From Prasinococcaceae sp. CCMP 1430 (lineage: Eukaryota; Plantae; Prasinodermophyta), in the NCBI GenBank assembly GCA_013416795.1, contig RQSC01001099.1:1-21781 (forward strand): a stretch of DNA of 21,781 nt. The letters run 5' to 3'. Of the stretch, positions 17,582-21,781 are shown one piece after another. Position numbers and translations under genes: made by a program. The notes under the pieces are model-generated. The model saw only the letters and a list, made by a program, of their open reading frames with translations, ran no database searches and was not told the DNA's origin. The first letter of the stretch is position 1. Each line of letters starts with the position of its first letter.

Positions 17582-18940
17582 ATGATGCGCTCGTCGCGCG
17601 CGCTCGCGGCGCTAGCACTGGCGTCGGCGCTGGCGTCCGCTTTGCCACGCGCCGCGCTCGCGGGCGAGCCATTCATGGACGCCATCGCCTCTCCGTGCAA
17701 GTGCGAGCGCCTCGAGGAGGACAAGGTCGAGTGCCCCGCCGGGCGCGTGATGCGCGGCCTGGAGACGGGGCGCCAACTCGGCGTGCCGTACGGCCCGGCG
17801 GAGTGCTGTGAGCTCTGCGTGAACGCCGCGCACCATGAGACGGGAGAGGACGCACACACCTGGACGACGGTCACCGTCGACACGGAGGGATGCGACGACG
17901 AGTTTCAGATCCTCGACAGCCCATGGGAGTGCGCCGACGGAACCTTCCTCGTCGCCTTCACGGGCACGCAGCAATTTGGGGAAGTGACGCTCCCCACTTT
18001 GCCCGCGCGCTGCTGCCCGCTCCGCGCCTCCGGCGTCACCGCGGCCGGCCTCCAGATGAGCCGCACGCTGGGCACCTGTGGCTGCTATTGGGATGAGGAG
18101 GCAACGTGCCAAGGGCTCGCGCCTCTGGGCACGAGCTTGCCCTCGGCGCTCGTTGCGGGCTTCAAGTACGTGGTCGAGATGGAGGCTTCCGAGAGCACGT
18201 ACATCCCGCATCTGCCCACGCGCTGCTGCTACGCGTGCGAGCCTCACGCGTCGCCATTTCCGCGCGCGTGGCTGAGCTCCGAGTGGGCGCTCGCGCTGGT
18301 GGTGCTCGCGGGCTTCGTGCTGGGATGCTGCGCACGTCTTTTCGTGTGCGCGCCGAGCGCCAGACGAGGTGCTCGAGGCGGCGGGAGCGCACACACTCCG
18401 CTGCTCAACATCGAGACGCACAGGGGGCTGCTGGACAGCTCCGACAGCTCCGACGACTCGTCGGAAGAGGAGGATTCCGATGACGAGGGCGGCGAGCAAG
18501 GCAGCGAGGAGGGCGAGGGCGAGCGCGAGGGCGAGGGTGAGGGCGAGGGTGCCGACGGCGGCGAGGAAGGCGCAGATTCGGGCAGCGATGGTGCCGACAC
18601 CAACTTCGATGCCGGTGGCTCTGCTGCAGAAGCGTCGGATGAGGAGGTGGAAGAGCACGCGGAGCGCGCGATTGACATCGAGCAAGGCGCCGTGCCTTCC
18701 GAGTCCGATGCGGACAAGGACGTGTCAATCCCGATGCCTGACAAGGCCGCCGGTGCTGCTTCGGGCGGCAACGAGCTGCTGCGCGGGACCGAGTGCGTGG
18801 TGTGCATGGCCAAGCCGGTACAGGTGGTGTGCGTGCCCTGCGGCCATGCCTGCATGTGCAAAAAGTGCGGAAAGCGCGTTCCCACGTGCCCGGTGTGCAG
18901 GGTGGACATCCTGCGGAGGCAGAAGCTCTTCATTGGCTGA
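17582..18940 (+). CDS. Type I membrane RING E3 ubiquitin ligase: signal peptide, Cys-rich three-repeat ectodomain, TM helix, acidic linker, C3HC4 RING
   Basis: Signal peptide MMRSSRALAALALASALASALPRAALA; TM WALALVVLAGFVLGCCARLFV (~18284-18350); terminal RING CVVCMAKPVQVVCVPCGHACMCKKCGKRVPTCPVCR..I....KLF (18794-18898) of the IAP/MUL1/RNF34-like type. Confidence 0.88.
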   Translation: MMRSSRALAALALASALASALPRAALAGEPFMDAIASPCKCERLEEDKVECPAGRVMRGLETGRQLGVPYGPAECCELCVNAAHHETGEDAHTWTTVTVDTEGCDDEFQILDSPWECADGTFLVAFTGTQQFGEVTLPTLPARCCPLRASGVTAAGLQMSRTLGTCGCYWDEEATCQGLAPLGTSLPSALVAGFKYVVEMEASESTYIPHLPTRCCYACEPHASPFPRAWLSSEWALALVVLAGFVLGCCARLFVCAPSARRGARGGGSAHTPLLNIETHRGLLDSSDSSDDSSEEEDSDDEGGEQGSEEGEGEREGEGEGEGADGGEEGADSGSDGADTNFDAGGSAAEASDEEVEEHAERAIDIEQGAVPSESDADKDVSIPMPDKAAGAASGGNELLRGTECVVCMAKPVQVVCVPCGHACMCKKCGKRVPTCPVCRVDILRRQKLFIG

Positions 18941-19073
18941 GAGAGTATCACCTGGGTATCCCACTGCACGATACCTCGAGCGTCTGGCACCACCTCTGTC
19001 CCGCGCTCATGCTTGTACATTCCTTTGCCCCAAGCGCATCGTCCTACCAACGTGACAGTGTACTCGACGGGCA

Positions 19074-19078
19074 TGTAA
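19074..19078 (+). terminator. TGTAA polyadenylation signal (second copy at 19156-19160)
   Basis: About 134 nt after the RING gene stop. Confidence 0.55.
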
Positions 19079-19233
19079 ATTTTCTCTCCGCCGAGGGATG
19101 CCCATGCCGGCAGGCCTCCTCGGCGGGGCAGTGTAGAGGTGCTCGCAGCACAGATTGTAAGAGAGGTAAGAGTACGAAGAATGAACATTATACAGTGCTG
19201 ACGACGCACGTACGTCGCCACCGTTGACGTCGC

Positions 19234-20154
19234 TCAGCCCATCGCGCTGCCGGCCGCTTTATCCCCCTGCGCATGGCACGCGTCTGAGGCATCAAAGAAT
19301 ATGTCGCCGTCAGCGTCGGGCGCCGGCGTGCGCTTGAGCGCGTCCTCGGCGCGCATGCGCGCCGCGTAGGCGGCATGATCGTAGGAGTCGTCAATGCGCT
19401 TGCCACTGGGACACAGCCCCAGCGCGGCGAGCTGCTCAGGCGTGTACAGCTGCTGCAGGAGCTCCGAACCCTTATCGCCCGCCTTCTGGGAGGAGCTCTG
19501 CTTGGGGAAGCAGAACACGATCTTCCCCCTCGTGCGTGCTTCAATGAACGGCGAGATGATGCGCCAGAAAGCGTAGAATATGCGTGGCGGATCCCACAGC
19601 ACTGCTTCGCCAAGCGACTCCGGGTAGCAGTCCTGCAGCACGCGGAGCGTCTCGCGGCTCGTCTTTATCGGCGGGGCATTGCGCAGGCTGTAGCCCTTGA
19701 AGTCAATGATCCAGCGGAACCTTGAGACCGCCTCGGGATAGCTGCGGCCAGCTGCGGTCTCCTCCCTCTCCAGGGCCGTTCTCGCGGATTCGAGGGTATA
19801 AACGAGGTTGCGGATGTTGCCCTCGTGGTCCTTTGTGTTCTCGTTGCGCGGTCGCATGAGGATGGTGGGCAGGCCGTCGGCAGCACGGAAGTCCGCGCGA
19901 TACATCTTGCCCGTCTTCATCTCGTGCTCCACGTCCTCCCAGACGAGAGTTTCGGGCCTCGCGCGCGCGCGCCACTTGAGCGCCCCCCGCAGCAGTGCAT
20001 CGGCCTTGCTCATGTCGTGGCCGCGCGCGCGCAGGAAGCGCGCCGCCGTCCCCACGCAGCCGTCGGCGTCGAGGCCCACCCGCTCGCACAGTGACCGCGC
20101 GAGCGCAGCCTCCTCCGGCGAGCCACGCTCCACCTTGCGCTTTTGCGCACCCAT
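19234..20154 (-). CDS. CRAL-TRIO/Sec14-like lipid-transfer protein (Pdr16/Sfh3-like)
   Basis: RFLRARGHDMSKADALLRGALKWR (CRAL-TRIO N), EMKTGKMY, ILMRPRNEN, LVYTLESA, WIIDFKGYS, LQDCYPESLG, PPRIFYAFWRIISPFIEARTRGKIVF. Confidence 0.95.
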   Translation of the reverse strand: MGAQKRKVERGSPEEAALARSLCERVGLDADGCVGTAARFLRARGHDMSKADALLRGALKWRARARPETLVWEDVEHEMKTGKMYRADFRAADGLPTILMRPRNENTKDHEGNIRNLVYTLESARTALEREETAAGRSYPEAVSRFRWIIDFKGYSLRNAPPIKTSRETLRVLQDCYPESLGEAVLWDPPRIFYAFWRIISPFIEARTRGKIVFCFPKQSSSQKAGDKGSELLQQLYTPEQLAALGLCPSGKRIDDSYDHAAYAARMRAEDALKRTPAPDADGDIFFDASDACHAQGDKAAGSAMG

Positions 20155-21140
20155 GACGGCCGCGCCTTCCCGCTCGCCCCCCCCGTTCGGGCACGCAGGC
20201 GCACGCTCAAGGCGCGACCGCAGCGGCGCCCAACGCCCACCACCTGCGCCTGCACCTGCACCAGCGCCAGCGCCGCAGCCGCCAGCGCATTGGAGATGCC
20301 CGGGATACCCAACGCCGCAATGGTGTCGGCTGGCGTCATGCGCACCTTTGCGTCATCCAGCAGGCCGAGGATGCGATTCACGCGCTGCTCACCCATGCGC
20401 GGCAGGGCCTCAATGGCCTCGCGGTGGGCGGCCAGGCGAAAGAAGTCGGGTGGCGATGACACGATGCCGGCCTCCACCATTAGCTCCACCGTATTCTCGC
20501 CGATGCCTGCCTTCAGTGCCCGGGCGAAGTGCTGCAGCGCGCGGCCAGTGCGCAAGGGGCACTGCACGTTGCGGCACCACATGGTGAGCACGCTCTGCCC
20601 ATCGCTTTCGTCCATCTCACCGTCTTCCTCGCCCCTGTCCTCGACGCTGACATCGCCGCCAGCGGCTGCGACAACCCGCTCCCACTCGGGTAGAACAGGG
20701 CCGTGTTGCTCGACGTGCAGGACGCTGCCGCAGCCAGGGCACTTGGAGGGCGCGACGAAGCCGTCCGCCTGCTCGCCCCGAAGCCCTTCGACCGGTCCAA
20801 GTACGCGCGGGATAACATCGCCGGCGCGCTCAATCACGACCGTGTCGCCCTCGCGCACGCCCATGCGCAGAGCGTGGCCGACGTTGTGCAGGGTCGTGCG
20901 CGAGATGAGCGCGCCGCCGATCTCTACCGGGCGCACGCGCGCAACGGGCACCACGTGGCCCGTGCGCCCCACCGCCACGCTCAGGTTCTCGAGCACGGAC
21001 GTGGCCTGCCGCGCGGGCGGCTTGAGCGCCACCGCCCATCGCGGGTCGGAAGACGTCGATCCCATCAACCGCTGCGTCTCGGCGCTGTCCATCTTCAGCA
21101 CGGCGCCGTCCGTGTCGAAGTCGCACTCGTCGCGCGCGGC
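20010..21140 (-). CDS. ligA: NAD+-dependent (bacterial LigA-type) DNA ligase, partial
   Basis: FDTDGAVLK (motif IV), PRWAVALK (motif V), VGRTGHVVPVA, TTLHN, GDTVVIERAGDVIP (OB fold, motif VI), C4 zinc finger CPGC...CRNVQC, HhH motifs GIGENTV, LPRMGEQRV and ALGIPGI. The N-terminal adenylation half is cut by N at 21142. Similarity ends near 20260; the frame continues to 20010. Confidence 0.93.
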   Translation of the reverse strand, partial: AARDECDFDTDGAVLKMDSAETQRLMGSTSSDPRWAVALKPPARQATSVLENLSVAVGRTGHVVPVARVRPVEIGGALISRTTLHNVGHALRMGVREGDTVVIERAGDVIPRVLGPVEGLRGEQADGFVAPSKCPGCGSVLHVEQHGPVLPEWERVVAAAGGDVSVEDRGEEDGEMDESDGQSVLTMWCRNVQCPLRTGRALQHFARALKAGIGENTVELMVEAGIVSSPPDFFRLAAHREAIEALPRMGEQRVNRILGLLDDAKVRMTPADTIAALGIPGISNALAAAALALVQVQAQVVGVGRRCGRALSVRLRARTGGASGKARPSWVRKSARWSVARRRRLRSRGHCASGWASTPTAAWGRRRASCARAATT

Positions 21141-21141
21141 G

Positions 21142-21142
21142 N
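21142..21142. other. Single-N assembly gap separating divergent ligA and PDH E2
   Basis: Both flanking genes lose their 5' ends at this N. Confidence 0.9.
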
Positions 21143-21143
21143 C

Positions 21144-21781
21144 GCGGCGCGGCGCGCGAGGCGCGCGCCGCCCGTCGCGGCAATCAGGGAGGTCCCAATG
21201 CCTGCGCTGTCGTCGACCATGACGGGTACGGGCGCAGCGGTGACGTGGGCGCGCGCGGGGGCGCGGTAGCGGATGCAGGAGCGCGCGCCAGCGATGACGG
21301 CGCGCGCGCTCTGCTGCGGGACGCGCCTCTTTCGCGCGCGCTCGGGCCACGCTAACTCCTGCAATGCGCCCCCGCGCGTCCTTCGACTGGCTCTCGTGCG
21401 CCCCGCTCACGCGCTGCTAACCCCCCGCCTCCTTCGGACCTCGTGATGGCCGCCGCGATCGCGCGCGTGTTTGCTCGCGCGGTGCTCGCAGAGGGCAAGA
21501 TCGTGAGCTGGCTCGTGGAGGAGGGCGACGAGATGAGCAAGGGCGACGCCATCGTGGTCGTCGAGTCGGACAAGGCTGACATGGACGTCGAGGTGTTCTA
21601 CGACGGCATCCTAGCGGCTGTTCTGGTCGATGAGGGCGAGACCGCGCCCGTGGGCGCGCCCATCGGCGTGCTGGCTGACACTGAGGCCGAGATCGAGGAG
21701 GCCAAGGCCAAGTACGCCGGCGGCGCGCCAGCGGCCGCCGCTCCCGCTGCCCCCGCTGCCGCCGAGCCGGCGCCCGCGCCT
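21144..21781 (+). CDS. LTA2: Plastid pyruvate dehydrogenase E2 (dihydrolipoyllysine acetyltransferase), partial; exons <21144-21225 and 21492->21781
   Basis: The spliced product reads AIREVPMPALSSTMT-E-GKIVSWLVEEGDEMSKGDAIVVVESDKADMDVEVFYDGILA, a plastid-type lipoyl domain with lipoyl-Lys at 21572-21574, then an Ala/Pro linker. An Arg/Ala-rich transit-peptide remnant lies upstream. Confidence 0.95.
21226..21491 (+). other. Spliceosomal intron (PDH E2)
   Basis: GTACGG donor, GCTAAC branch motif at ~21416-21421, CGCAG acceptor; splicing restores the conserved TMTEGKIV exactly. Confidence 0.92.

Noticed and set aside
15911-21491. Introner-like repeated introns
   Set aside because: The identifiable introns share only splice and branch motifs, with no extended mutual similarity or terminal repeats.
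1-21781. Dozens of long alternative-frame and antisense ORFs (e.g. 121-1104, 5611-7041, 12197-13357, 14275-15816, 17612-18685, 18244-19221, 20143-21222)
   Set aside because: Arg/Ala/Pro/Gly-rich, motif-free shadows of real genes, expected from stop-codon scarcity at very high GC.
1-21781. Prokaryotic origin, operons, CRISPR arrays, rRNA/tRNA genes or transposases
   Set aside because: Spliceosomal introns and eukaryote-specific genes (BBS2, carrier, RING, ET) dominate; I saw no repeat-spacer array, structural RNA motif or transposase/RT motif.

Overview
Very GC-rich (about 70% by eye, not computed), gene-dense eukaryotic nuclear DNA with few introns. It is most consistent with a compact, prasinophyte-grade green alga. 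The evidence is spliceosomal GT-AG introns, green-type plastid transit peptides on FabZ and PDH E2, TGTAA poly(A) signals and a BBSome gene; the taxonomy is inference. About 12 recognisable genes lie in order: cytosolic-type sulfotransferase (+), membrane-anchored ALKBH9/10-like protein with a destroyed active site (+), SLC25A38/Hem25-like mitochondrial carrier (-), 5-formyl-THF cyclo-ligase (-), partial BBS2 (-), a large ET-SPOC-DomII-PIN protein (+), SPOUT1 methyltransferase (+), plastid FabZ (-), receptor-like RING E3 ligase (+), CRAL-TRIO lipid-transfer protein (-), bacterial-type NAD+-dependent DNA ligase (-, partial) and plastid PDH E2 (+, partial). The assembly is a draft, with four N gaps and three N-free junctions where gene parts are missing. 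The best candidate for new biology is the 9942-13247 protein. Its C-terminal SPOC-DomII-PIN arrangement resembles the scaffolds of the animal HUSH (TASOR) and fission-yeast RITS (Chp1) silencing complexes, but it carries a BET-type ET domain. The LigA, the dead membrane-tethered ALKBH and the receptor-like E3 follow. All family calls come from manual motif recognition; no searches were run.
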